From Macrostomum lignano (Eukaryota), in NCBI GenBank assembly GCA_002269645.1, contig NIVC01000841.1:310001-374000 (forward strand): DNA of 64,000 bases, read 5' to 3'. Made by a program: the position numbers and the translations under genes. The notes beneath the pieces were generated by a model that ran no database searches, was not told where the DNA came from, and worked only from the letters and a program-made list of their open reading frames with translations. This document shows positions 47,530 through 59,268 of the stretch, one piece after another. Numbering within the stretch: position 1 is the first letter of the stretch; each line of letters begins with the position of its first letter.

Positions 47530-50500
47530 CACTGAAGAGGGGAGAGGCTAGAAATTGAAGGCAAAGCTCGGTAGTGGACAAATTTGGTGCAGGGATGAAT
47601 GAGTATGGGGCAAGTGAAGGGATGATGCGGCTGGCTTAAGCCTTCAGCTGGCCAAGGTGTTTCATGAGGATTGCGAACGCGCGCACCGCACTTGGAGACC
47701 TCTTTTTGAGCTTGGCCGAGTTGTGCGGGAGACAAAACGCGTGTTCAGCTATTTCTTTTAAAATTAGAAAGATCTCGCAAATTGCCCCGCTTCAAATTCA
47801 AATCGCTATCCCAGTGCCCTATAGCCTTAGATTGATCCTCAATCCCAGTGTCCCATAGCCTTAGATTGATCCTCAATCCCAGTGTCCCATAGCCTTAGAT
47901 TGATCCTCAATCCCAGTGTCCCATAGCCTTAGATTGATCCTCAATCCCAGTGTCCCATAGCCCTAGATTTATCCTCAATCCCAGTGTCCCATAGCCCTAG
48001 ATTTATCCTCAATCCCAGTGTCCCATAGCCTTAGATTGATCCTCAATCCCAGTGTCCCATAGCCCTAGATTTATCCTCAATCCCAGTGTCCCATAGCCTT
48101 AGATTGATCCTCAATCCCAGTGTCCCATAGCCTTAGATTGATCCTCAATCCCAGTGTCCCATAGCCCTAGATTTATCCTCAATCCCAGTGTCCCAAAAAG
48201 AAGGGCTTCTAATAATCTTGCAAGTTGAATCCTTTGCTTTGGGTTCTTTCGCTTCCAGCAAATCTCTCTCGGGTGAAGTACTTAGCCTGGAAAATGGAAG
48301 GCTTGTTACGGCATGACGGCTAATCCCTCTTGGGAGAAAATATCTCTTCATCTTTTTCCTCTTGCCTTCTCTCTCTCATCAATTTGACTAGTTGCGCTAG
48401 CTTGTTGCTGTGGGCTTAACGAAGCGTGTTGCTCCGCTGTTGCTTCGCTTCGATCGATAAAATATACTGAATCAGCTGCCTCTTCTACCGCCTTGTGCCT
48501 CGGCTGTATCTCACATGCCAGTTTCGGTCGGATTTTTTTGGGCCGCGCCTATTCCATTCCTCTGTAGCCTGTTTCTTATCTTTGTGCAATGCAGGCGCGG
48601 GCTCTTCAAGCTGTCAAGGAGTACTCAGTACACTGGGACTGGAATGAGAGCTCACATGGTGGCCTAATACAAAAGCCTCTGGCTGCTCGGCAGACTTTAA
48701 CTCTGTGTTTTAATACGCCTTCATCTCAGCTTTCTCATTCCACTCCATCTCTCCCTTTGTCCCCCTCTCCACCTCCCACTCTTGTCCCTTCCTATCCGTG
48801 TCTCCCTTTGTCCCCCTCTCCACCTCCCACTCTTGTCCTTTCCTATCCGTGTCTCCCTTTGTCCCCCTCTCCACCTCCCACTCTTGTCCTTTCCTATCCG
48901 TGTCTCCCTTTGTCCCCCTCTCCACCTCCCACTCTTGTCCCTTCCTATCCGTGTCTCCCTTTGTCCCCCTCTCCACCTCCCACTCTTGTCCTTTCCTATC
49001 CGTGTCTCCCTTTGTCCCCCTCTCCACCTCCCACTCTTGTCCTTTCCTATCCGTGTCTCCCTTTGTCCCCCTCTCCACCTCCCACTCTTGTCCTTTCCTA
49101 TCCGTGTCTCCCTTTGTCCCCCTCTCCACCTCCCACTCTTGTCCTTTCCTATCCGTGTCTCCCTTTGTCCCCCTCTCCACCTCCCACTCTTGTCCCTTCC
49201 TATCCGTGTCTCCCTTTGTCTCTCTCACCACCTCTCACTCTTCCCTCTTATTTTCAACTTCAAGGGCGGTATTAAATGTTCTTATTATGAATATCAACCA
49301 GTTGTCACTGCTTCCACTCCAAATGTTTTCAAATGGAACTCCCTGACTCCCTTTATGTTTGCTTCCAGACTCGCTGGTTAATGATTAATCTTCGTTTACT
49401 CAAGAGCTGGATGGGGGATCGCTGATTCTCCTGCAGCTATGGAGTGTGTTTGTTTTATTTTTAACATCACACGAAATTGAGGAAGAGATTAATAATAATC
49501 GAACAGTTTCTGCGAAGGCCAAAACCCAAGGCTCCGAGGATAAATTTGTATGCTAAAATAAAAAAATGGTCGTGATTTTTGCTCAATTAACTAAAATGAC
49601 GTTCCTGACTTCCGGGGTGTGTTGAAACAGCTGTTAAAATGATTAAAAATTTCATCTACAGTGCATTAAGTCGTTTGTTCAGAATTTTGCCTGCCTACAA
49701 ATGTAAAGAAGGGGTCTATGAGAATTTCCCGCAGGGTTTCCGACTGTAAAAACCCCGCGGAAAAACCTCGGCGGGAAATTCTCGTGCTCCCGTAAAGAAG
49801 TAGCTAGCGTGTAAAAGCATGCCTACCGGCGAAGTGGAAGTCGTGGCCAAGTGTTGATAATGCCAGTGTCAACATTTCGTAAATACAGCTCTAAACAATA
49901 TTAAAAAGTGTTCTCGTAGAAAAATCGGTGTGTAACGCATCTGACTCTCGCCCGGTGACGAGAGTCAGGGCCACTGTACACGTGTATAATTAATAATAAT
50001 TATTGATTACACCTGCCCCAATTGGCCCAGATGTGCAACCGACAGCTCAGCCGCAGCTATTGCGTGGCGCATCTGAAGGCTGCGTATGGCTGTTCAGTCC
50101 AAGGACTGGGGGGGGGTCGTCACACACACACACACACACACCCTCAATTGCCCCAGCTAATGCTGGTACCCATTTTACAGCTGGGTGAACTGAAGCAATG
50201 CAGAGTATCTCGCTCAATGACACAAATTGTTCCAGTGGGATCGAGAATCGAACCCCGATCCCCGACACTAACCGCTATAGGCTACAACACTTACAGCTCT
50301 AAACTTTCAGATGCCGATATGTATCGAAAATCGGCATCTAGTCTATTTAGATCCGAATTATTTTTTTCTTCTCCACAGGTGACTGCCGCGGGCTCAGAAG
50401 CGGATCCTCGACATCGCTGCGAGCGGCCCTGCCAGCAGTCCAGGCCGCAGGCGTCCGCAGCAGCCGCCTGCCGTCACCCCTGCCCGCTGACCTGCCACCG

Positions 50501-51155
50501 CGGCCCCTGTCCGCCCTGCAAACTGTCGGCCAGCATCCGCTGCCACTGCGGCGCTTCTAAACTACGCCGAGCCTGTCGGGAGCTCGCCAATGCCGCCGAG
50601 GACAAGCTCGCCGACCTGCTGCGCTGCCCGAACGCCTGCCAGCGCCGCCGACCAGGCTGCGGCCACCCCTGCGGCGCGCCCTGCCACCCCGGGCCCTGCG
50701 ACTCGCTGCCCGCCGACTGCGAGGCTCCCGTCGAGTTGCGCTGCCCCTGTCGGCGAATCCAACGCCTCGTGCCGTGTCGAAAGATCGCCAAAGACTCGTC
50801 GTCGGCGTCGATCAGCTGCGACGATCGCTGCCGACAGGAGGCCGACCTGTCCGCGGCGCGTCGTCGGCGTCAGGCAGCCTCGCCGACGGACGCCGCGGCA
50901 GCCGCCGCCGCTGAAGCGGCGACCCGCCAAGCTGAGGCAGCGCTGCTGCGTCGCCTGCCGCAACAACAGCAACAGCAGCGACGCCGACGCAAGCGAACTG
51001 CCGACGAAGACGAAGAATCTGGCAGGATGTCGCTCATGATTGGCCTGCTGGGCGGCCTGCAGCGGCGATGGAAGCCGCTGACGATTGCGGCTCTGGCGGC
51101 TCTGCTGGCGGCCGCGCTTGTCTGGGCCGCCCTGTCCGAGGAGGAGTCGGTTTAA
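39655..51155 (+). CDS. NFXL1: NF-X1-type zinc finger protein NFXL1 (RING/PHD-like finger, many NF-X1 fingers, C-terminal TM helix), 5 exons
   Basis: Exons 39655-40277, 41457-41943, 43494-43676, 44076-44543, 50379-51155, phase consistent. TCLVCIEDV...IWSC..C...LHLPC...W; [11 protein letters not shown]; repeated CGxHxCxxxCHxGPCxPC; a C-terminal hydrophobic anchor and no R3H domain point to NFXL1 rather than NFX1. Start codon uncertain. Confidence 0.93.
40285..41400. repeat. 18-bp minisatellite with higher-order blocks, NFXL1 intron 1
   Basis: CTTATCCCAGATGCTAC(T/G), with a recurring variant block ATAGATGCTACACTCATCATAG...ATGTCAG. Confidence 0.97.
42090..42670. repeat. 31-bp minisatellite, NFXL1 intron 2
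   Basis: GGGGTGAGATTTTATCTGGTATAGAATCTCT. Confidence 0.95.
43190..43455. repeat. ~14-15-bp minisatellite, NFXL1 intron 2
   Basis: CCCTCACCGACACT-like units. Confidence 0.9.
43720..44010. repeat. 22-bp minisatellite, NFXL1 intron 3
   Basis: CATTGGTTGCTAAGGCCCATAG. Confidence 0.93.
44553..44862. repeat. (TCTG)n microsatellite at the start of NFXL1 intron 4
   Basis: Begins ~9 nt after the G|GTGAGC donor. Confidence 0.95.
45482..45680. repeat. (GATA)n microsatellite
   Basis: Visible, with GACA interruptions. Confidence 0.95.
45981..47129 (-). CDS. Divergent class A (rhodopsin-like) GPCR, intronless, nested antisense in NFXL1 intron 4
   Basis: 382 aa with seven hydrophobic segments; TM1 GLTIN, TM2 D (AIVD), TM3 Cys (LCRAL) and ERL in place of DRY, ECL2 Cys (LECLL), TM5 P, TM6 FHMP, TM7 QPLFY in place of NPxxY, helix 8 FRRDL. 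Confidence 0.88.
   Translation of the reverse strand: MITPLDTAWQVYTLDRIGDKFQLQIVQLCERPDATAGKAIAGVLFACCAIGLTINCLLLAALARGAFRTTTTAALLAWTAIVDAASLLTICLPLATTTIITWSARDLHLCRALPYLQLSTHSCQAGAYCLLVIERLLGNCRRQSRCCLATSLIISAVLLIIHLPMLPDLALVPILPKSNSVAIVNSGSIVLSNNQSLECLLTPNSNMYNWLALPWLAFVIQLALPALLAILLCGKLAFSTVMGAAVSNGLNNGVGTDNDTRLIGDATTVETWSDQLALTGIISYSVFHMPITALRFVIFESAQLPQWKLHLQLPQVGSAICAVAIATSLASIIRPCFQPLFYLITCPVFRRDLRNSLCHCRGGRHLQPKDSVMVMRSRLDLR
47461..47526. repeat. (CT)n microsatellite
   Basis: Visible. Confidence 0.95.
47817..48195. repeat. 34-bp minisatellite
   Basis: CTCAATCCCAGTGTCCCATAGCCTTAGATTGATC, ~11 units. Confidence 0.95.
48745..49225. repeat. 51-bp minisatellite
   Basis: TCTCCCTTTGTCCCCCTCTCCACCTCCCACTCTTGTCCTTTCCTATCCGTG, ~9 units. 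Confidence 0.95.
49987..50288 (-). mobile_element. tRNA-derived CORE-type SINE (copy 2), NFXL1 intron 4
   Basis: Body near-identical to 13160-13350 (ATTGATTACACCTGCCCCAATTGGCC...CCCATTTTACAGCTGGGTGAACTG); B-box GGTTCGATTCTC; AAT-repeat tail. Confidence 0.8.
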
Positions 51156-51404
51156 CACTGGCCCGGACCAAAGCAGACAAAGGCTTCTCTTTGAAGCAAA
51201 AAAATAGGAGAGCTTCGTGCCCTTTTTATCCCGTTGTTTATTGGGCTTCTGTGCAGCAACAGTTGATAAAAAAGAGTACAACTGCATTGCAGATATGGCG
51301 ATTTTAGGGCTGCCCTTGGAGATTTAGACCTGCGAGGAGAGGTTCGAGGTCTGAGCTTCGGGGGTTTTAAGAAGCTTAAGTTCAGTGTTTTAGGATTTTT
51401 AAAC

Positions 51405-52440
51405 TTCAGGGGTTCAGGATTTAAGCTTCAGGGGTTCAGGATTTAAGCTTCAGGGGTTCAGGATTTAAGCTTCAGGGGTTTAGGATTTAAGCTTCAGGGG
51501 TTCAGGATTTAAGCTACAGGGGTTCAGGATTTAAGCTTCAGGGGTTCAGGATTTAAGCTACAGGGGTTCAGGATTTAAGCTACAGGGGTTTAGGATTTGC
51601 TTCTTAACAAGACAAGACAGAACATCTTCAATAAAAACTTGATATTTCTTTCATTAACTATCGATTACGTTACGTACTTCAATTGAACACATCTGTATTG
51701 GTGCTGGGGCGTGTCGTACTACTTGGATCTTTCTCATGCTGGTGTAATGTTATGAACTGTATTACATTGTCTAATGCTTATTGTCTTCATGAACTATGTT
51801 GATTTCTTATTGGTTAACGTGTTTCATTTCACTTCAGCTATGGCACCTACCTAAAAAGGTTATTTCAAACTTTAAGCTTCAGGGGTTCAGTGTATAATCT
51901 TCATGGTTTCCGTGGTTAAGCTTCAGGTATCTCGAGTATAAGCTTCAGGTGTCCCAAATATAAGCCTCAGGTATCCCGAGTATAAGCTTCAGGTGTCCCA
52001 AATACAAGCTTCAGGTGTCCCGAGTATAAGCTTCAGGTGTCCCGAATATAAGCCTCAGGTATCCCGAGTATAAGCTTCAGGTGTCCCGAATATAAGCTTC
52101 AGGTGTCCCGAATATAAGCTTCAGGTGTCCCGAGTATAAGCTTCAGGTATCCCGAGTATAAGCTTCAGGTGTCCCAAACATAAGCTTCAGGTGTCCCGAG
52201 TACAAGCTTCAGGTGTCCCAAATATAAGCTTCAGGTGTCCCGAGTATAAGCTTCATAAGTTGTAAGTATAAGGTTCATGGATTTACTAGTGTTCAACCTT
52301 CAGGGGGTTCAGTCTTTAAGCTTCAGGGACTTAGAGTATCCGCTTCCGGGGTTCAGAATATTAGCTTCAGGGTTTTAACGTTTAAAGTTTCCGGGTTCAG
52401 TGCTGAAGCTTCAGAGCTCAGACTTTAGCCTTCAGGGGTT
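51405..52440. repeat. Two related 22-bp minisatellites sharing AAGCTTCAGG (51405-51597 and ~51925-52255) plus degenerate units
   Basis: AAGCTTCAGGGGTTCAGGATTT and AAGCTTCAGGTGTCCCGAGTAT; unique spacer contains AATAAA near 51630. Confidence 0.92.
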
Positions 52441-52839
52441 GTAAAATAAGATTTCTACAGGTTTGGAAAGTCTAGAAGTGGCACATTAACTGACAGCGTC
52501 TGAAAATTATGTCTGCCACTGTTTGTATCGTGTCGAATATTTCCGGTGCAGGTTACACAGATTCATGGCTCTCCTGATCTGATTAATTCCCATTAGACGT
52601 GTGTACTAATCAATAATTGCATTAATATTTTATTGGGCTAAATATATCCTATTATAGCTAGATAGACTGATTTATCATTTTTGCTTTCTATATTTGTCCA
52701 GTTATATTGTTAATTATCTGAAATTGCATCCATTTCTATATTAATTAGAGATATTCATAATTCTGTATCAGTCAGGCATTGCTGCCCGGACTACTACTTT
52801 TATTACTTAATTCAATGGAGTTCCAGAAAGTTCCCCTCA

Positions 52840-53573
52840 GGAAGTGAGGAGAGAACGGAGAGGATAAGAGAGGAGAGGAGAGTAGAGAAGGAGAGAAGAG
52901 GAGGAAAGAAGAGAATAGAGAAGGAAGAGAAGAAAGGAGAAAAAGGAGAAGAGAGGAGAGGACAGGGAGAAGAGAGGAGAGGACAGGGAGAAGAGAGGAG
53001 AGGACAGGGAGAAGAGAGGAGAGGACAGGGAGAAGAGAGGAGAGAAGGGAGAGGAGAAGGGAGGAGAGAAGGGAGAGGAGAAGAGGGGAGAGAAGGGAGA
53101 GGAGGGAGAGGAGAGGAAAGAAGGGAGAGAAGAGAGGAGAGGAGAGAAGGGAGAGGAGAAGAGAGGAGAGGAGAGTAGAGAAGGAGAGAAGAGGAGGAAA
53201 GAAGAGAATAGAGAAGGAAGAGAAGAAAGGAGAAAAAGGAGAAGAGAGGAGAGGACAGGGAGAAGAGAGGAGAGAAGGGAGAGGAGAAGGGAGGAGAGAA
53301 GGGAGAGGAGAAGAGGGGAGAGAAGGGAGAGGAGAGGAAAGAAGGGAGAGAAGAGAGGACAGGAGAGAAGGGAGAGAAGAGAGGAGAGAAGGGAGAGGAG
53401 AAGAGAGGACAGGGAGGAGAGAGGAGAGAATAGAAGTGAAAGAAGAGGAGAGGAGGGAAGAGAAAGATTATTAGAGAGAAGAGACGCAAAAAGGTCGGAT
53501 TGCTATTGTGAAGTTTCAATGGACCAGGGGCCTGAGGGCCGAATGTGGGTTTGCGCGAGTTTACCGATCCCTG
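52840..53573 (-). repeat. Second copy of the hAT-like head plus pyrimidine array (purine-rich on +)
   Basis: Minus strand starts CAGGGATCGGTAAACT (53573), carries the shared block 53527-53493, then CT-rich low-complexity sequence. Confidence 0.78.
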
Positions 53574-54589
53574 ATCTGGACAAAAGTTAGAGGAATTTGT
53601 AAACACGGTCACTAGTTTTATTTCGCAGAAAGTTGCGTGGGGTTCTCCGCTTGCTTGATCCACTCCCATCATGTCAATGGCTAACTTGCAGACATGCATA
53701 GCCTGTCTCTCTTCCCCAACTCTCCATGGGAAATGCATAAACTGTGTTTGCTTAGTCCACAGTGGATTGGAAATTGGAAACGCTGTGTGTACTCTCTTCC
53801 CCTCCCTTCGTGTCCCTCCCCCCCTTTCTGCCCGAGCATTATGCAGCCCAGTAACCTTTTTTTCTGGTCCCTAGCGGTGTTAGCTTTCTCTCTTGTTGTC
53901 TATTTCTGTCTCTCTCTCTCTCTCTGAAAGCAGAAATTCTAATGAAGAGATTTGTACTTTTCATCCGAGATGGATAATGTAATGTGCTATCAAATTGTCA
54001 CTGATTTCCAATATACAAAATAATTTCATTTTGATTTAATCAGCTGCAATTATTTCTTCTTTTAAAAATGTTTTCGCATTCCTTGCTGGTCTTTCTTTTT
54101 TGAAATTTAAAACTGCAGAGTCCAGTTTTCAAAAAACGCCTACACTACATCCGATTTATATTACTGTAAGTAGAGATATAGAAAACGGTTAATTTAGAGA
54201 ATGTTAGCAAAAATTGAAAACATTTATTGGCTTCAATATGAGAATCAATAGTAGCATTAAATATTATTTATTACTCGTAAACAGACATGCTGTACCTAAA
54301 GTAGCATGTTTGCATATTTCAACTGTCTGAATAAGCAATAAGGATAAAAACATGATAAATTCATACTTAATGCTATCAGCTGAACGTAGTATAGTAAGAA
54401 CGGAGTCAATCAATGACGCTGATTGAATATTGAATTCTAGGGTTACAATTTAGTGTTTGTAACACTAAAGGAGAGAGAGGAGAGAGTAGTGCTACTATAG
54501 AGTGACACTTCTCCGTTGCTGAATAAATGTGAATCAACTTCTACAAATTCTTGTCCAATCTTTTCTACTCTAGTACTACCTTCCTTTAT

Positions 54590-55740
54590 CAATTTTCAAT
54601 CTCATCTCATCTACTGAATCTCATCTCATCTACTGATTCTCATCTCATGGGAATGAAATGTCATTTACTGATTCCCATCTCATCTACTGATTCTCCTCAT
54701 CTCATCTACTGTTTCTTATCTCATCAACTGATTCTCACCTCATCTCATCTACTGATTCCTATCTCATCTCATCTACTGGTTCTCATCTCATTAACTGATT
54801 CTCATCTCATCTACTGATTCTCATCTCATCTCATCTACTGGTTCTCATCTCATCTACTGATTCTCCTCATCTCATCTACTGTTTCTTATCTCATCAACTG
54901 ATTCTCACCTCATCTCATCTACTGATTCCTATCTCATCTCATCTACTGGTTCTCATCTCATTAACTGATTCTCATCTCATCTCATCTCATCTACTGATTC
55001 TCATCTCATCTCATCTACTGGTTCTCATCTCATCTACTGATTCTCATCTCATCTCATCTACTGGTTCTCATCTCATCTACTGATTCTCATCTCATCTCAT
55101 CTACTGGTTCTCATCTCATCTACTGATTCTCATCTACTGATTCTCATCTCATCTCATCTACTGATTCTCATCTCATCTCATCTACTGGTTCTCATCTCAT
55201 CAACTGATTCTCATCTCATCTCATCTACTGGTTCTCATCTCATCTCATCTACTGATTCTCATCTCATCTCATCTACTGGTTCTCATCTCATCTACTGATT
55301 CTCATCTCATCTTATCTACTGGTTCTCATCTCATCTACTGACTCTCATCTTATCTCATCTACTGATTCTCATCTCATCTCATCTACTGGTTCTCATATCT
55401 TATCTACTGATTCTCATCTCATCTCATCTACTGATTCTCATTTCATCTACTGATTCCTATCTCATCTACTGGTTCTCATCTCATCTACTGATTCCTATCT
55501 CATCTAACGATTCTTATCTTATCTTATCTCATCTACCGATCTTATCTCGTCGACGTCGCCTCTCATCTAATCTCATCGCGTCTCATCTCAACTCATTCTA
55601 TATCATTCCATTAACCCTCATCTTATAATCTTTCTATTCTAATTTTAATCTTATCGCCTCTCACCACATCGATTATTATCTCATCTAATCCCATTGCGTC
55701 TCATCTTATATCGATCATTATCTAATCTCTAATCTCATAT
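54590..55740. repeat. (CATCT)n-based compound satellite with ACTGATT/ACTGGTT spacers
   Basis: Visible; degenerates toward the cathepsin 3' end. Confidence 0.93.
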
Positions 55741-55797
55741 CGATGATCACATTATCTTGTCTCATAAGATTGCATCCTATCTGTAGTCATAAATCCT

Positions 55798-58700
55798 TCA
55801 ATCTTTCGGCAGGCCGGCCACAACGCTGCTCTCAATGCCGCACTCGTCCTTGCCGCGCAGTATGCGAAAGAAGCCGCGCTCGCCCCAGTCTGAATTCCAG
55901 GAATTGGCAACCAGCCAATAGGGCGTGCCGCCGTCCGCTCCCCAGCCTAGGATGCGGATGGCGTGTCCGCCCAGGCTGCCTCCGGTTGTGTGCTGATAAA
56001 CTCCCGACTTGTAGGATGGGAAATCGGCGTAGACAGTGAATGCACCTTCCACTGGCCCGTTGGTCATGATCTCGGTCATGATCTGCTGCTCATTAGATCT
56101 GACTGAGTAGGCTGAGGCACCTGTACAATTTCAATTTAGTTCAGGTTTTTATCTATTGAACATTTTCTTAATTCAAACGCTTAGAAGTGCTAAAAAATAC
56201 TTCTGTTGGGTCAGGAAGGCGCCAAAATAGTGACTGACTCGGGTCAGGAAAGCGCCAAATTAGTGACTCGGGTCAGGAAGGCGCCACAATTAGTCACTCG
56301 GGTCAGGAAGGCGCCAAAATAGTGACTGACTCGGGTCAGGAAAGCGCTAAATTAGTGACTCGGGTCAGGAAAGCGCCAAATTAGTGATTGACTCCGGTCA
56401 GAAGGCGCCAAAAAGTGACTCGGGTCAGGAAGGTGCCACAATTATTGACTCGGGTCAGGAAGGCGCCACAATTAGTGACTCGGGTCAGGAAGGCGCCACA
56501 ATTAGTGACTCGGGTCAGGAAGGCGCCACAATTAGTGACTCGGGTCAGGAAGGCGCCACAATTAGTGACTCGGGTAAGGAAGGCGCCACAATTATTGACT
56601 CGGGTCAGGAAGGCGCCACAATTAGTGACTCGGGTCAGGAAGGCGCCACAATTAGTGACTCGGGTAAGGAAGGCGCCACAATTATTGACTCGGGTCAGGA
56701 AGGCGCCACAATTAGTGACTCGGGTCAGGAAGGCGCCACAATTAGTGACTCGGGTAAGGAAGGCGCCACAATTATTGACTCGGGTCAGGAAGGCGCCACA
56801 ATTAGTGACTCGGGTCAGGAAGGCGCCACAATTAGTGACTCGGGTCAGGAAGGCGCCACAATTAGTGACTCGGGTCAGGAAGGTGCCACAATTAGTGACT
56901 CGGGTCAGGAAGGCGCCACAATTAGTGACTCGGGTCAGGAAGGCGCCACAATTAGTGACTCGGGTCAGGAAGGTGCCACAATTAGTGACTCAGGTCGGGA
57001 AGGCGCCACAATTAGTGACTCGGGTCAGGAAGGTGCCACAATTAGTGACTCGGGTCAGGAAGGCGCCACAATTAGTGACTCGGGTCAGGAAGGTGCCACA
57101 ATTAGTGACTCGGGTCAGGAAGGCGCCACAATTAGTGACTCGGGTCAGGAAGGTGCCACAATTAGTGACTCGGGTCAGGAAGGCGCCACAATTAGTGACT
57201 CGGGTCAGGAAGGCGCCACAATTAGTGACTCGGGTCAGGAAGGTGCCACAATTAGTGACTCAGGTCGGGAAGGCGCCACAATTAGTGACTCGGGTCAGAA
57301 AGGTGCCACAATTAGTGACTCGGGTCAGGAAGGCGCCACAATTAGTGACTCGGGTCAGGAAGGCGCCACAATTAGTGACTCGGGTCAGGAAGGCGCCACA
57401 ATTAGTGACTCGGGTCAGGAAGGCGCCACAATTAGTGACTCGGGTCAGGAAGGTGCCACAATTAGTGACTCGGGTCAGGAAGGCGCCACAATTAGTGACT
57501 CGGGTCAGGAAGGCGCCACAATTAGTGACTCGGGTCAGGAAGGCGCCACAATTAGTGACTCGGGTCAGGAAGGTGCCACAATTAGTGACTCAGGTCGGGA
57601 AGGCGCCACAATTAGTGACTCGGGTCGGGAAGGCGCCACAATTAGTGACTCGGGTCAGGAAGGCGCCAAAACTGACATGTAAATTATCAAAGTACACAGT
57701 CTCACCAAAGTGCTTATCCTGCTGATAAGTGCTATTGTACTCTTTGATGCACTGTTTGGTGCACTTGGGTGTCGGTGAATCCCCGGTGCAGGGCTGGTAC
57801 TCTCCGGTGGTGTGGTGCTCGCAGTGCGGCAGCGAATAGGGCTGGCAGCCGTCCTTGGTGCCGTACTGGCCGCCCGTGACCAGGCCTTTGCTCTTCCAGT
57901 AGTGCCAGGCGCCCTCGGGGAAGCCGCCGTTGCAGCCCATGCCGCAGGAGAAGCCGCAGCAGCTCAGCAGGTCCTCGGCGCTCAGGTGCGGCTTCGACTG
58001 CAGCGATTTTAGCGAGGAAATATTGTTTGTTACCAGGTTTACATGTATCTAATTTAATACTTTGATCCCTGAGTCTACAGGAATTCCCTATCTCAGTGGG
58101 GTTTCCCAAAGCTACAGGATTTCTCATTCCCTATCTCAGTGGGGTTTCCCAAAGCTACAGGATTTCTCATTCCCTATCTCAGTGGGGTTTCCCAAAGCTA
58201 CAGGATTTCTCATTCCCTATCTCAGTGGGGTTTCCCAAAGTTACAGGATTTCCCATTCCTTATCTCAGTGGGGATCCCCAAAGCTACAGGAATTCTCATT
58301 CCTTCTCAGTGGGGTTTCCCAAAGTTACAGGATTTCCCATTCCTTATCTCAGTGGGGATCCCCAAAGCTACAGGAATTCTCATTCCTTCTCAGTGGGGTT
58401 TCCCAAAGTTACAGGATTTCCCATTCCTTATCTCAGTGGGGATCCCCAAAGCTACAGGAATTCTCATTCCTTCTCAGTGGGGTTTCCCAAAGTTACAGGA
58501 TTTCCCATTCCTTATCTCAGTGGGGATCCCCAAAGCTACAGGAATTCTCATTCCTTCTCAGTGGGGTTTCCCAAAGTTACAGGATTTCCCATTCCTTATC
58601 TCAGTGGGGATCCCCAAAGCTACAGGAATTCTCATTCCTTCTCAGTGGGGTTTCCCAAAGTTACAGGATTTCCCATTCCTTATCTCAGTGGGGATCCCCA

Positions 58701-59268
58701 AAGCTACAGGAATTTCTCATCTCAAGGGAATTCCCAAAACTACAGGACCATCTAAAAGTTTGGAACTGTATACTACTGCACCACTGACCAATCTACAATA
58801 AAAGGTTGCCAGCAAATGAAAAGTTATTTTAATTATAACTAAGCACCTTTCCACCGCTGTGGATGCAGTGCCGATCAGACATGGCTTCAACAGCGCCAAA
58901 TGCCCAACAGGATCCGCAGTTGCTCTGGTCACGTATTTCGCCAATAGTTGGACAATTCGGCCATTGTTTGCGAGAATCGAATCTTTCAGAGCAAAGATTT
59001 GCGAGAGCAAATCTTTGAGAGCGGACTCGGGGTAGCTTAACTCCGGCAGGCTGCTCGGATTGGGATTCGGCAGGACTCCCAGTAGGACTCGGACATCGGC
59101 TAGGGTTTTGAATCGATTGTACCTTGTAGCCGTCCAGGTGCTTTGCTTCTGACTGTTCACATAGTCAATTAGCGAGTCAGTGAGAGGCCGGTGCATCGGC
59201 TTGTAGATTAGCGGAGTGCCAGCAGCGAAGGCAACAAGGAGTAGCAATAATAGCAATTTCTCAGCCAT
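55798..59268 (-). CDS. CTSB: Cathepsin B (papain family C1A), 3 exons; reading frame disrupted at ~58990-59006 in this sequence
   Basis: Exons 59268-58847, 57997-57706, 56120-55798. Signal peptide and propeptide; [37 protein letters not shown] appears in a shifted frame; [18 protein letters not shown]; occluding loop CEHH; [19 protein letters not shown]; [11 protein letters not shown]; ANSWNSDWG. Confidence 0.95.
56205..57670. repeat. 30-bp minisatellite filling cathepsin B intron 2
   Basis: TCGGGTCAGGAAGGCGCCACAATTAGTGAC, more than 40 units. Confidence 0.97.
58070..58745. repeat. 43/41-bp minisatellite turning into an 84-bp dimeric higher-order repeat, cathepsin B intron 1
   Basis: CTCAGTGGGGTTTCCCAAAGCTACAGGATTTCTCATTCCCTAT monomers, then alternating GTTT/GATC variants. 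Confidence 0.95.

Noticed and set aside
49931-49960. 10-bp hairpin CTGACTCTCG/CGAGAGTCAG as a Helitron 3' end or terminator
   Set aside because: No CTRR terminus or other Helitron evidence; single isolated hairpin.
56384-57725. ([10 protein letters not shown])n 432-aa ORF resembling ice-nucleation or adhesin repeats
   Set aside because: 30-bp array on the antisense strand of cathepsin B intron 2; stop-free in two frames by unit composition.
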